Of a stretch of 64,000 nt of DNA, positions 36,301-50,464 are shown piece by piece. The DNA lies in the NCBI GenBank assembly GCA_000934665.2, contig JYFJ02001085.1:1-64000 (forward strand). Reading direction: 5' to 3'. The notes below the pieces were generated by a model. The model did not search any database. It was not told where the DNA came from and was given only the letters and a program-made list of their open reading frames with translations. Position 1 is the first letter of the stretch; each line of letters opens with the position of its first letter. The position numbers and the translations under genes were made by a program. This DNA comes from Catajapyx aquilonaris (lineage: Eukaryota).

Positions 36301-39300
36301 TTATAATTTACTAATAGTAATAAAATGCACTAGAATGACCATCTCACAAAATTTGTGCGCCAAATGAATGCCTCTCTTTCAATGTTTATGCCATAATATT
36401 TCAAAAATTCATTGTCCAGCAATGAAAATGTGCAGGCCAAGATCTACTGCATATATAGGCCTCCTTAACGTATACACTCCCTCTCACGTAATAATGCTCC
36501 TTCAACACATTATCCACGGCCTCAGTGTGATGTAATACTGTGCAGAATTAAGTATCTTTCAACCTCCACACCTCGCCAGATAGAAGTAACCAGATGTGAT
36601 AAAGAAGTATAGATATGAGCCCTTCAAGCATTAGAGCATAATAAAGCGCGATCAACTATTCAATTCGGTTGTGCTTATTTTTGAAGTACTGATGTATATT
36701 CTTTGGCCTTATAAGAGAGTCAGGAATGGGCATTTTCAGATGAAGTGTATAACAGGGTCTTCGGCAAATAAGATGATCCCACAGTGAGCAGGATATCACA
36801 GTGGAACAGTCCTCTTTAATGAAGTTCATTTGTACTAAACTAGCAGGACTCTATATTTTGATCGTCATTACTCGTACAAATAGGATATTGTAACCAGCAT
36901 GCTATAAATGCCAAAATTACAATAAATTTAAGCCCCCCACCCCTTCCTCCCCAGAATTCAAGAGTCTCATCTCTAATTTTTGCGACAGTGCCAAAATTAT
37001 AAGGCTTATCAAAAGTAATATGGTGGCCCTACATAATTCTGATGTGGTTATATCCCGCTGCGCAGGTATCATAGTTTGAGGACGTCAAACCGCGTCAAAC
37101 TTTATATTCAGTTTTGTTTTCCTCGTCGTTGGAAGCGAAAAACCTTACAGTGTGATGTTATTTCTGTAGCACTGTGCCAAGCAGGACCAACTGTCATTCT
37201 TAGAGATTTGAATCCGTTTGAAAAATAAACTGCAGAAAAAAATACTCCAGTCATAGTATAAGCTGCCATTTCCAGTAACAAGACTTTATCCCGTCAAATC
37301 TTGTGCAGATGATTCATAAAATAGGAATTGACATGTTAAAGAGAAACCGCAGTGCTATTTCAGGTCATTTATTTTTTTTCCATTTTCCTTGTGACGAAAA
37401 AATATCCAAGCGATAACAAAAGGGAACTTGTTTATAAATGATAAATGACACAGTGAGAAAAAAAGTGGCTATTCCACATTGAACATGCTGCTATCGCATT
37501 GTGTTATCTAAGGGGGTTTGTCAGAAAAAAGGGGGTCTCATCTGGACAAGTAATCAAGTATTCAATCAGACGGATCAAGACTGTATACCCCATTATATGA
37601 ATATGTTTACTTCTTGCTTGTAGCCGTCTACTGCCAGCCAACTGATAAGTCGATAAAATATTTTCTACCATTGAAGATATACGTCAAATTGTGACCTTCG
37701 ACCCACTATTCTCTTTGCTTCATTTCTCTTACGGCTAACTGCAAACGAGGCATAAGGTCGTCGCTTTTCATATTTGAATTGTGTGTATTTTTTTTGAGAT
37801 AACGAAACTGAGACAATAATAATCTGCTGGGAAAAAGAATAGGACAAAAAAATACACATGCACCATTGACTTCATGTTTTGCAAAAGCCATTCCCTTGTC
37901 GGTGATCTCGGGGGATAGGGCCACACATGCCAAATCACCCAAACGTGGGGTTATTATCCTGGATTGAGGGTTGTTCACCCCTCCCTTTTCCACCACTCCC
38001 ACGCTTACGTATACATGTTTAATTCAAGCGACGCCATTTTGCCCTGTTCTGAATCTGCGACAAACTGACAAAAAAATAGGAGAACCACAAACATTATTAT
38101 AATCTTGCGTGTATATACTATTTTCTTAGTGTTTATGTAAGTAACTTATATATAAAAATCGTTCATAAGTTTCACGAAGTTGTTATTGTTCATTCAATTT
38201 TCATGTCTTTATGGAAGGTAATGTGTGGTATAGGTAGGCCCTATTCAGTAATTAACGCTAATTTCGTACCCATTTAATGGACTTGACATCATTCGTGTCC
38301 CAGAATTAGTGAATTTGCTTCTAATTGGTATGTACTGTACAGTTCTTGTAGGAACATGAATATCAAGAGAGATATATGGATCTGAGGCAGACGATATTAT
38401 GGATATCTGATATAACATGTGGTTCAGAAATTAGTTATAACGTCCATATATTGAGTCGCAGTTTCCCAGACTCTAACTCATTCTCGTTCAGCACGTTCAA
38501 TTTTGGCATGCATTTACGTAAGCCCTTGAAAAACGCAGAACGATGTAATTCGTTGCTACAACTGAAAGTGACGCAACAGAAATAAGTGTAAATTAATGTA
38601 TGTGAGATTTTTTTACAAATACAGATATCACGCATACACGCAGGTACATTTATCCATTGAGACTTTCTCGGATGTGTATTATTTGCACTTCAGTATTACC
38701 TTCAAAATTTCCTTGTTCTTACAAGTACAAATTGAAGGATTATAGCAATGCAGCTAATAAATTTCCGCTTACGAACACTTGATATTCAAATGGGATATTC
38801 GACCTCACGCGTCTCTTATGCGGTCATGACCGAGTCATGACATGATGCTAACCTAACTCTGCACAAACACAAACATATGATTCTTCATATAGACTCATGC
38901 CTGACTAAATTATTCCCTGCAAAGGACAGCATTTGACGCCAGCAGGCAGCTTCCCACTGGACTTTTATAATCCGAAATTTCTCCCCTCCCTCTCCTTCTT
39001 CTTTCCCCTTCCGACCATGGGCAATTAGGTCTGCTCCGGAAACTGGGGGACTTCTGACATATTGGTGGGAATCAAACTCCTAATGTGACGACGTTAGTAT
39101 AGGGAGGGACTCAGTCGGCAGGGGTAAGAAATGACGGTGCATACTGATCACTCCATGCCGCAGTCATTATGGTCAAAATGGTTAATCAGGACCGTGATGT
39201 CTCCTCATCCAGATAGGGGAGACGAAGTACGAAGGTTCCATCAACTGACGAGCAAGGAAACAAATTTTTCTAAAAATTTAACATACGAAACGGTTATTGT

Positions 39301-42300
39301 TAATTTACTAATATTACAGTAGCTATTTTGCTTTGTTATTTAGGATGACAAGTAATGTATGACTTGACATAAGTTTGAGAAGTGTCTGGGGGTCAAGAAT
39401 CTAAATTCTCGCCCTTGTTGTGTAGGATGTTGGCTTTTGGCCGCGTCTGAACTGGCGTTCTGACCAACCCTGAATTACCCTTCGCGATTTACGAGCCCAG
39501 TCTTTTGTCTCGCCGACTCCTTCAAAGACAAAAGGAGCTTTTGGCGCTCCCTTTGCACCAGTCTTCTGCTTCCGTTGATTATTAATCAGCAGACTTCGCG
39601 CTCTTTCTTCACTTAGAAGACAAATCACAAAAGCAAACTCAGGGATCCTCTCTCGCGGTGCCAGACACTTTTTTTGTTGTTGCCTCCCCCTTTGCTATAT
39701 AGACGGGCGTTTGTTTCTGAGAGGACATCCTTTTCGGAGGATGGCCAAGTTTCCGCACCATTGTCTTGCCGACAACTACCACCGGCCTCAACTGCAAATC
39801 CTATTCTTTCTGGCCGCAACCAAGCTTGCACTGCTAGAAACATGTTAGAGCAATGCGTCATTTGACTCATGCAAGAGCATATCCAAGGGTTGGTCACGGG
39901 GGGTGCTGTTGGAAACGGGGATGCATCAGAAGGAAAAGAGATTAAACGGCAGGCCGCCATGCAAACTAATCTGGTGGCGAACGTCTCCTGCAATCCACCG
40001 CCAATTGATTAATTCCCCTTGATCCATGGGCGATTAGGAAGGCCCAACAGAGAGGGGGTCCCCAGAAGGCAGCAGCCCATGAAATGGGGGGACTCGACCA
40101 AGACTAAATGGGACCTTCTATAACACTATAGGCCTCTCGCTGAATCACTGAATAATGCACGGTTCAGGTTCATTTACACGTATGCAAATGAAGCTGCGTT
40201 GTACTTTGGACCGACCAAAATGTGTGAGTTCCAAACTTTCAAGATATATGTCCTGTCTTGTATCTGGTATCATTCTTTCCCCCCCCCCCTTTTTTATATG
40301 CTTCCCTCCCATCTCCGCCTTCATCCCACCCATGCCGCCACCCCCCATATCCCCCCTTTCCTCCAGGAGGGCGGGCCCCTGTCTGGCGGCCTGAAGGGGG
40401 AGTCCGAAAAGAGAGGTTTTTGGAGGCAGCAAAGGCCGCCCAGATCCGCCTCCGCTCCTCCCGGATCCTAACCTTTCTTCAAAGGATGATTACCAACCAT
40501 AGCGTCAATCGTCCTTATTCATTGTTGTCAACCCTTATGGCTAAATTCACGTTCAATGACATTTATTTCTGAATTGTTGGATGTATTGCATTTTTTTGAG
40601 CTTTTTCAAAAGTGTGTCTGTGCTCTGACAGGTATGTGCCATGTTTGTTTTCTAATGTCATACAGGTGTCCCTTTATTATGACAGAGAGCAGTCACTTTT
40701 CTCGAGGCCAAACATACAATATGTCATACAATTAGTAAGGGTTCATTACCCCTGGACAATTAATTTTATTGCCGCTGAATTAATGCACCACAAAGGTAAG
40801 GCCGAGCGGCTTCATATTTCCTGCCGGGCGAGTTATGATTCTAATGGACTTGGGCATTTTTGTTTTTCCACCTGGTTCATTTCATGGTCCAATATTTCCC
40901 TGCCTATAACCTCCGGAAAGGTGAGCAAGTTAGGCATATAATCTATAAATAAAGTAATTGTTTCAAACAAATCGGCATTAATTACATAACTCATTTTAGA
41001 GCATGTTGTCTTAATGCAGTTTGGTTTGGCTGTGACGCGGGTTGTTACTTGAACAAAATGAAAAAAAGTACCTGAGAAAAATTTACGTAACTTATAGCCT
41101 AACAATATAAGAGATTTTGACAAATTTAATTTCGTGCACAACAGGGCATATAAATGATAAAGTATGGGATTGTTAAAGGCAATACCAAACTACTGATCAT
41201 TTTATGTAATTTTCAAAATGCACGATTTAAATTCACTGGAATTTATCTATACAATGGGGAACAACCAAGAACAACACTTCTGAAATTTCTGATTGGCCCT
41301 TCGAATAGTTAGTGGTGCTAATTGTTACGGGCTGTGGAAAACACGAAAAAAAGAAAAAAAGAAAAATGAAGGTGATGTGTGAGGTTGGGCGGCACCCTTA
41401 TCATGGAACCACCTCCCTTCAGCCAGGTGTGCACCAATCAAATGCAACCTTATGCCTACTTTTTTTTTTGCCTGTGAAAGTGGGGGGAGTGTAGATGGGT
41501 GTGGAGGGGGTGCTGAGGTTTTTTTTTTCTTTTTTCAAAAATAACAACGGCGTCTGCCTGGCGGGAGGCTCTTCTCATTGATTTTCACTCCCATCACTCA
41601 CCTGTGTGGGGCTGAGCCAATTGCTGTCTTGTGAGGGCCGAAAATTTCAGAGATGGGGGCGGGCGCAGGTTGCCCAATTTAAAAGATAGCGAGGTCCCAA
41701 GGGCATTTTAAATCTAGTGTATCGTAATTGATGACATTTATGGATCATTGCTGCAATTAAGACGGATACTGCTCTTGGACGCATTAATTTGATATGCTTA
41801 GATTGTATGTAGTGGAAAGCTGCCATATTATTTTCAATGAGTATGTATGATTGTATTGACACGCAAAAATTCTTTGTAAAATTGTAACTTAAATATATTC
41901 ATATTAATTTCTTCACCATCATGATAAAATGTATTATGCTGTTAAATTTCGCATAAGTAGACTAACTGAATGTCATATAGTGTATACTAGTCAAGAACCA
42001 TTTTGAAGTATATTGCAATCAGCAATTTTCATTAATTTTCGGAGAACATTTCGTGATTACAAAAAATAACCTGGCTGTCAGCACATCTTCAAGTGAGTTA
42101 ATGAAATTATTATTTAAGGAAATAATTTCCAGTGACATATACATATTTTGGTAAATTTTTGACCAAATCTTTATGATCATATTCAAAATATAAGGGATTA
42201 TAGAAGGTAAAATTGATATGTGAATAATATGCAAATCTACTGTACAGTAATTGCATCAGGAGAAGGCCTCGATTTTTCATGCAGAAAGGTTGCCAGATAA

Positions 42301-42733
42301 CTTTAGTGGGAGTCAAAGTTGTGTAAAAACCGAAGTAAAAACTTTTTTCTCTTGCCACTAAAATGTGTTTACGTAATTTTTATAAATCCCTACAACTTCT
42401 ATTAGTTCAATAACTATTGTTCTCGGGTTTTTATGTTGTCGTATAAGAAATAATATATTGTAATAAAATTAATATATCATATAGTGCTATAATTTTTAAT
42501 AATGCAATTTACGTTTTACATACTTTTTTGAAATCCATTTCATGTTGAAGTATCTTATGCTAATTCCACACTTTGATTTACGACATTCACACTCATCATA
42601 GATTTGTTCACATCTCATTGCAACGCTTCCCGGAAAGCTTTTTGAATCAATAAAATTAGAGCACTGGATTCTAATATGTAATTGTAAGAAATGGATTGAA
42701 TAACACATTTTTGAAGCTGTCGTGGACATTATA

Positions 42734-43116
42734 CAGGGTGTGTAAGAATATATCCAAGACTGCCCATATGTGATACGGGTGATATAGGAGTTGCATATGG
42801 AAAAGCGTGGGTCCGAAAGGCCGGCGACGGTCAGATTTGAAGATGTCGACCTTTGATGTCGACAATGACTATCCTGACAATTATGAATACCCCCATACAT
42901 GGCTGCAATGCTGGTTGCCGGAGTCAGGCGCTCGCACTACCAGACCGTTGCTCAACTGCCTGACTCCGGCAACCAGCAATTCAGGAATGCACGGAGGTAT
43001 CCATACATACTTGTCAGGATAGTCATCGTCGACGGCCTTATCAGACCCATGCCATTATTTTTCCATATGCATCCCCTACCTCCAGTATCAGTTTGGCAGA
43101 TTTATTCGTAGACCTG
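42734..43116 (+). mobile_element. Fold-back MITE, family B, copy 3
   Basis: Termini TA|CAGGGTG ... CCTG|TA. Shares AGATGTCGACCTTTGATGTCGACA, CAGACCGTTGCTCAAC and GGAGGTATCCATAC with copy 2. Confidence 0.88.
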
Positions 43117-46100
43117 TAGAGATTCCTCGATGTCAGCCCCGGGCCTGGTAGTTCAGTGCTTAGAACACCGGTAATGTAGATTTTTAATATGAATCCTTTC
43201 GCATTTCAACTTGTATATAAAAATGGACGATAATTTTGTACTTATAAATATCATAAAACAATTAGCAACAAATCTCTCCAGATAGCCTGAATTTGAAACA
43301 TCCCGTAAGGTTACAATCATATCGAATCATATACAGTATATCTTATGGCCTCCAATTAGGACGATAATGTGGCTATTGTGTTAAGTCTATATTTTGCCCA
43401 CACCTATTAATTTCACTGCACGCATTATTTTTCATTAATAATATACTACACTGAAAGTAGAATTATTACTTTTGTAATAAATGGCTTGTAATTGTGATAA
43501 GTGGAAGTTGTTAATTACAGACAAAAGTTCAAATGAACCAGTCAAAAAAGCAAATCCACTTTCATGAACAATAGGCTCTATTTTCTTACTTTTTTGTTGG
43601 GCAGAGGTAGCAATAAAATCAAATGAGACTGGTTCCTGAGTAGTTTTACAAACGGTATCAACAGTTCAAAAAGAATTGTCCCGTCGCGTCGAACGGGCAG
43701 CCACGCGTCAGGATGAAAGGAACTGGGGAAATAATAAATATTGCGAAAGAATTATGTGCCTATAGAAAAAAATTAATAAATATTTCAACTGACCTCTTAA
43801 TTCTCCGATATGATAACTATTGTTACATATAATAATGACATTCAAAAATACACATAAAATAATATTACATCCGTAATCCGGAGTGGCTATTTCTATCTTC
43901 ATCAGCATTCTTGCACATTAAAATATTATTATATGCCAATAATTTTTCAATAACATGCAAATGTTAAAATATTCATGCCGTTATGCTATTTTGCAAAATG
44001 GCTATAATTACAGGACATCTAATCACATTTACCTGGTAACATGTATGTATTGCCTAAAGAACTGCGTTATTTTTTTGAACCATTTTAATATTGAATTATG
44101 GGCCATTCTCCTAAAAAATAAATAAATTAAGAAGAGCACTAAATCTTAGATGTAGGTGTTAGGCCCACCGATTGCTCGATAAACATTTCAAATGTGTAGG
44201 GCCGGGAAAGATAAAAAGGGATCCGTAAAAAAAAGCAGATTATGGGCGCCAAATGTAATGAGTTTGCGCTGCCGCAGCACAAAAGCCAGCAATTCCCACG
44301 TTGGGTGGTGGGGGAGGGACAAAGAACGATAAAAAAAATGAGGTCGGGTAGTGGGGGGAGGTGGGGGTAGGTCTTTAGGCCTCCATATACATAGCACAAA
44401 AGGTGTAATTCATGACCACCACCCCACCCCTCTCCCCACCTCCACTAACTCCCCCATTGACTTTGTCAGAGTTTGAAATATGGAAATGGAGTCGGACACA
44501 CATTCAAGTGGGTGTCCTACGCTCATTATCGCCTGTTACGTGTCCGTTTTCATATCCAAGTTCACATTCAGAGAAGAAACAATCGAGGAGTAAATCACCC
44601 TGTCCGGATCCCGTGTCCATTTTTTGGGGGGTCTGTTTGCTGACTTGATTAACTGCTATTTATTGAAGTCAGCTTGCATTGTAATTACGCTTATTTACAG
44701 GTTAGTGCCCACTCCTTCTTGTCGCGTTTGGCAAATCATTTCCCGTACTAGCTTTCAATGACTGGACTTCATGCACGCCGCGTTTTATAGGGCAGGTGTT
44801 TCATTAGTCATTACGATACTTGGTCACACACGTAATATCTGGTACGTTATCCTGATGTATGTGTCGCGTGTGCAATAATTATAATGGAATACTACGTGAC
44901 ATGTTGTGAAATAAACTTTTGAAAATATCAGGCCTCCAAGTATCTTGACACTTATAATGTGACTGGTCTACACGGAGTCGACTGTAAAAAGTAATTGGAC
45001 TTGAATTACTCATTACTTAATGAGAAAACAAGAGATGACCCGATCTCTGGGGTTGATAGAGACCCATCACGTAGCCTGCTCATTAACTCAAATGTGGCTC
45101 GTCAGCTGCTTAATTAACGCCATATGGTCGTGAACTAATCTTAATTTATTGACGACGAAGGGATGCTTAGTCTGCGCCAGGCTAAATTCCTGTACTTTTC
45201 AAATAAAAAGAAAGAACTGCGGTATATTTCAGGATTGAATGGCCTCGTTAGACGACCGTTTGTACACACAGACCTACTTTATGGCGAATGTAGGGATTTA
45301 CAACTCATAATGGAAGAAACTAATGCTAGTAAGTTCACAGTTTTGCTTGGTTCTTGGTGCACGCAATATAGGCCTACGTTATTGCAAACAGTGTTCCTGA
45401 GCTCAAATACGAGAATCAGAATGTTGCTAATTGCAATTTTGTCAATATTTGAATGGCTACCGATAGCACTGAAATCCTGACAATTTTCTTTATTTTTTGG
45501 ATTTGATTGATTATGATGGCCAATTTTATTAGCTTTATTCTGATCCCTGTATCCTCTGGGTCGCTCGTTATGCAATTCCATAGCTTTCAAATTTAATAAG
45601 GCAATATAAATCCCTTACGAACCTATTACAAAAAACATTTAGCGAAATAAATAAAGAGGTGCTCGACAGATTGCCAATCTAACTAATAACATCCTTTCTG
45701 CTCGTCACGTAATTATGTTATACTGTATACAATCACCATAGGGAATATATATAATTTAAAGTACCGTAACAATAACAAATTGAAGGTGTGTTAGTCAACT
45801 TCTGAAAGTAGCATCTGGAAGTAGCCTAAGTTACACATATTCTCTTAGTTGCCAATAAAATATTTTGCCCGATTTTAGAATAATTATTTGGGCAACTAAC
45901 TTATAGCTCTATATCAGCCCCTATCAAAGCATGATATATCATACCGGTATATGTAGATAAAGTTGAACTACCATCATATATGCCACACGATGCCAAATTG
46001 TATTTATACCGTCCGTATTTGTTATTCTTCAGTATCCATAAACCGCCATAAACAAAATGGGCGGCAAAAGCAGTTACACTAACAATGTCAATTTTAAGAC

Positions 46101-49100
46101 CATTACATTATGCAAAAGTACCGGGAGGAATATCAACACATTAACTAAATCAGGTCTGCAAATTCTAAGCTACTGATAATATCAGGCTCCAGGGCATGTT
46201 GAACCTTCTCATCAATAAATCGTCAGAATAACCACAAAATGGCCCAAGCGGAGATTAAAACACGCGGTCGACTCCGGTTTCTATCTTTTCCGCCCTTACC
46301 CCGCCTGCTGCATCCCAATAAATTATTCGGCGGCTGTATGTAACCATCGCGGCAAGGGACCAACACCACCCTATTCCCCTCCTCTCCAGCCCCCTCTCTT
46401 CCTCCTCTCCGGCCACACATCCCTTTGCCGATCGATTCGGACCTGCGATCAATCCCATCCAAAAAGCGACCACAGCCCCTTTTACACACTACGACGGATG
46501 TTCATAATAAATATAGTACGTTTTACCTGGCAGCTCCAAAGGTAGTAGGTACATCAGGGCGTGGGAAGTACTTACCTGCAAATGCAAAAGAAATAATTAA
46601 TACATCGCAATAAGAAAAATATTTTTAATGCATAAATATAAGGGTGTTTCAAGAATTATTTCCTGTTACGTGGATTTACTCAAGTTTCTTCACATTCTTC
46701 CTACATTCCAAAACCATTCGTCCATTTCTTTTACCCTTTGATAACATTTCTTTCCTCGATACGCTGTGTTGCTTGCATTGCAGTGTTAATTGGTATAGTG
46801 GTGGTGATTGGCCCTTCCGGGCTGGAACGGCGTGAACGCAATGAACCAACAAGAGGTAACCGGTAAACAACTCATTGAATGCCCGATTTCTCAAACAGTG
46901 GTTTGAACTATGGAGTTACAACTTACACAATGGCAGCAGTTTAAACTTGCCTGTTATATTTTTAATTTCTCAATTGATTTATAACGGTATATAGGTCATT
47001 CTTATGCTATTATAGATGACCTAATATAAATTTAATGTACTGTACATCAGGAACGAGAGTATGTTGTCAAAATCCTTCTTTTAATGACTAAACGACTCAA
47101 CGGCTGCTTTCCACTTGTAGCCTATACCGAGACGTGTACCACATGCACTAAATAATGTTTCCCAGCATACACCGTTTTGACCATCATAGTCATATATATA
47201 CGCAGTATATCATTAACGATTGCGTTTGACATTTCTTACCTCTATATACATTTTAGGCTTGTCCAACATGATCTCAAGCAGGAAATACACCTGGAGTTAC
47301 CATTCACTTCTACATTAAAATATATTATAACTTGGATTATATGATTGTATAGACTATGCCTCTCTACATAAATGGATCGAACATGAGCATACAGAATTTA
47401 TAAAATATACTAGCTTAACTTACAATATCACGAGAAAAACTTTACTTTACTTTACTTTACTCTTCACAGAAACTTGCAAAACATGCTTCAAACATTTATA
47501 TATCAGCAGAAAAGCCAACGATAGCTTTACGACGTATACAAGTGTACGATAAACGATAGAACATATATGGCACATATACACTTTGTGATAAGCTGTGAAT
47601 ACAGAGTGGAACATAGTAGCGGCATGAGTGTTGAAAGAGATTTTACCGCGATGGAAAGAAATAAGCAAAGGAGAAATCTGATGCAGTGAAGCCTATTTTT
47701 TTTCTTTACATTCACAAGCAATACAGTTTTCGCGGAAAAAGGATATTTGTCTCAACATTGGTGATAAGTGGTATTGCAACGAGTGCTTGTCTCCATTGTA
47801 AACATACTGTAATGCATATTTACGTGTTGACCATACCTAAGGTTCGTGCAATATTAATGAACGTATCATTGGTATCAGTAATGCCACCATGTTATCTTCT
47901 GCAGACTGCACTGAATAATTTTTCCGAAGCTCAGAAACAAAAAGGTTTCGCAAAAAAATGTGTCAGTAGTTGTCCGAGGCAGAATATATCAAGTCAAATA
48001 TAGTTTTTTCTATGACATTATTTAGGAGCGGGATGTATAAGAAATCCTCTAGGAAATCATTCGACATCAATTGAAGTGGCACTAATTTATGTCGCACTTC
48101 AAATGACTGTGTGCTCACTTTAGATTGTTCTTGAAAACCGAGGGGAAAGTTCTTCAAATGCATATGCTTTACACAATATTGTATTGATATAAATGTCACG
48201 GAGTATATATACAGTATAGTGCCTGAAAGCGTACCTCGCCCGAGTATTACCCAATGAAAATGCCAGATAAACCTATACAGTTGCTTTGTCTCCCCAATAA
48301 AGCAGCAAACAAAACCAATGAGGAGCCATCACGAAGGATATTTAAAAGACACGTGACCATGACATACTGTATCAACTAACGTTATTACGAGTACCTACTG
48401 TATACTGTACGTGCCTTATACGCGCTCATCGGCACAGAAAGCCGATTGTATTTTGCAGAATATTTACCATTTTATGCGCTTCGATATATTTTTTAAGTGG
48501 CGCAGGCTTTTATTGGCACTACCACGTGGTGTTACTTGGGATCAAAGACCTTGCAACCATAAGAATAAGTATACCTCATGGGCAATATTTTCAAACAAAT
48601 GCATCATCTTCATGCACAAAGTTGGTCAGAAAATTTTACAGATAATCTGCGAATCAATTTCTCTAAAAGGAAACAAAACATCTAATGTGTAAAATTATGT
48701 AAGAGGAAAATATTTTTATGCAGAGCGACTAATTTTCAACGAGCTAAAATTATCTAGGCATTACGCCGCTTGGAGACTGATTTACATTATTTTATAATAT
48801 AGGGTTGCCTAAGAAATTCGGGGGGCCAGAGAAAGACAAGGTTAAAATATTTAAATATTATTGTGACTCTCTAATCCTCAGCAAACACGCTCCCGCGTTG
48901 TAACTATTTGATTAGTCTATATGACATTTTGTTAGGCTACAACATTCCCGCATGTCAATAATTAAGAAAATCAATCCCAAATGGTTTACCTTGTGATTAC
49001 TACCCTTGATAAAGGGGGAAGTATCCATTTGTTGGACCCTACCAGTCCTCAGTATGAATGACGGTGAATTTAACTCTCTTATGGTACTTGATTTACTGAT

Positions 49101-49566
49101 ATACTTGCAGCCAGAAAGACTTCCCCTAACATAGGGTCGTTCCGGAAGAAATAACAATTGACATATCCCCCCTCGATGCGGCCGTATAATGCAAGGAGGA
49201 CATGGCCACAGCTAATTGGAAGGCAGTATAGAAGAGTATTGTAGCTGTAAATCAGGACCTGGTTGGATCTCCCTAGGGGACCCTCTAATGTCGTCCTTTC
49301 TATTACCATCTCATTTCTTCTCATTTCGAATCTCCCCCTCTACTTGTACTCATCATGGCCACTACCCGCAGGAAACCCATTCCATAATGGGGAGCAGAGC
49401 AAAACCTTTCATGATTCTTTTCCCTATAGCTTGGCAAGAATTGTACAAGAATCCACGGTGGAAAGAAAATCTATTTCAGATTCAATTCAAAAATTATTAT
49501 TCAATAGTGTTAGTCAATATGCCAAAAATAGATATCTGAGAGGCTAAATTTTCTATTATGTATATA

Positions 49567-49990
49567 CAGGGTGTATCTGAACTCAGTGCCCCGACGTATA
49601 TGACTGCCTTCCTAGCCACCAGAGGATCGATTTAAGTATAGGAGTCATATGTCTGGGCAGCCTCATTACTGAGATACACTCTTTAGCGATTTTTGCCTAA
49701 TCGCTCCTTCTGACTTTTAAATAGAATTTTCTGGTGTAACTAGCCAAAGAGGCCTTACCACCTGTGGGCAACAAACCAACAAAGTCCCGCCCCCAGACCT
49801 TCCAGAGCCTTCTGACTGGGGGAGGGTTCGATGGGTGGCCTAACCGACAGGATATTTTGTACTACATGTTTGCGGCCAATTATCTCCGTAATGAGGCTGC
49901 CCAAACATATGACTCCTATACTTAAATCGATCCTCTGGTGGCTAGGAAGGCAGTCATATACGTCGGGGCACTGAGTTCAGATACACCCTG
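49567..49990. mobile_element. Young 424-bp MITE, 110-bp TIRs, TA TSD (Tc1/mariner-like)
   Basis: 49567-49676 matches the reverse complement of 49881-49990 with 2 mismatches in 110 bp. Termini TA|CAGGGTGT ... ACACCCTG|TA. Confidence 0.95.
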
Positions 49991-50324
49991 TATAGACTGT
50001 ACAAGTGTACAGTATTAGGAAAAATTTAAGCGCAAATTTATTACTATAGTTTACTGTTACCTGCAGTGTTTACATTTTGCTAGGCAGTATGCCACTCGAT
50101 GCCACTATCAGAAGTATGATAACATTGTTCATATTATGACGAAGAAACTTGCCCTATCTATACTTATACAAGGGAACTGATATGTCTGACGAAGAGGTTG
50201 CAATACATTTTGAGAGTAATGGCATTTTCTAAGCTGTAACTAACAGCTACAGTAAGTGGCTATCAAAATAGGTTATATCAACTATAATTGCACTGGTTCA
50301 TCTCTTTTTCCTTATGCACAGGTA

Positions 50325-50464
50325 CTATAGGGCTCAAATTGTTTTGGCCACTTTATCCTGGTCTTGAAGCAACCCTTCGCACAGGTCCCACGTTGAGCAG
50401 GTGTGTGTGTGAAGGGTTGCTTCAAGACCAGTATAAAGTGGTCAAAACAATTTGAGCCCCATAG
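50325..50464 (+). mobile_element. MITE family A, copy 3 (140 bp)
   Basis: 59-bp TIRs with about 4 mismatches, TA on both sides and a short GTGTGTGT tract next to the right arm. Confidence 0.92.

Noticed and set aside
1644..46567. Su(H) sites CGTGGGAA (1644 minus, 44293 minus, 46560 plus)
   Set aside because: Three scattered octamers in 64 kb are close to chance expectation and are not paired.
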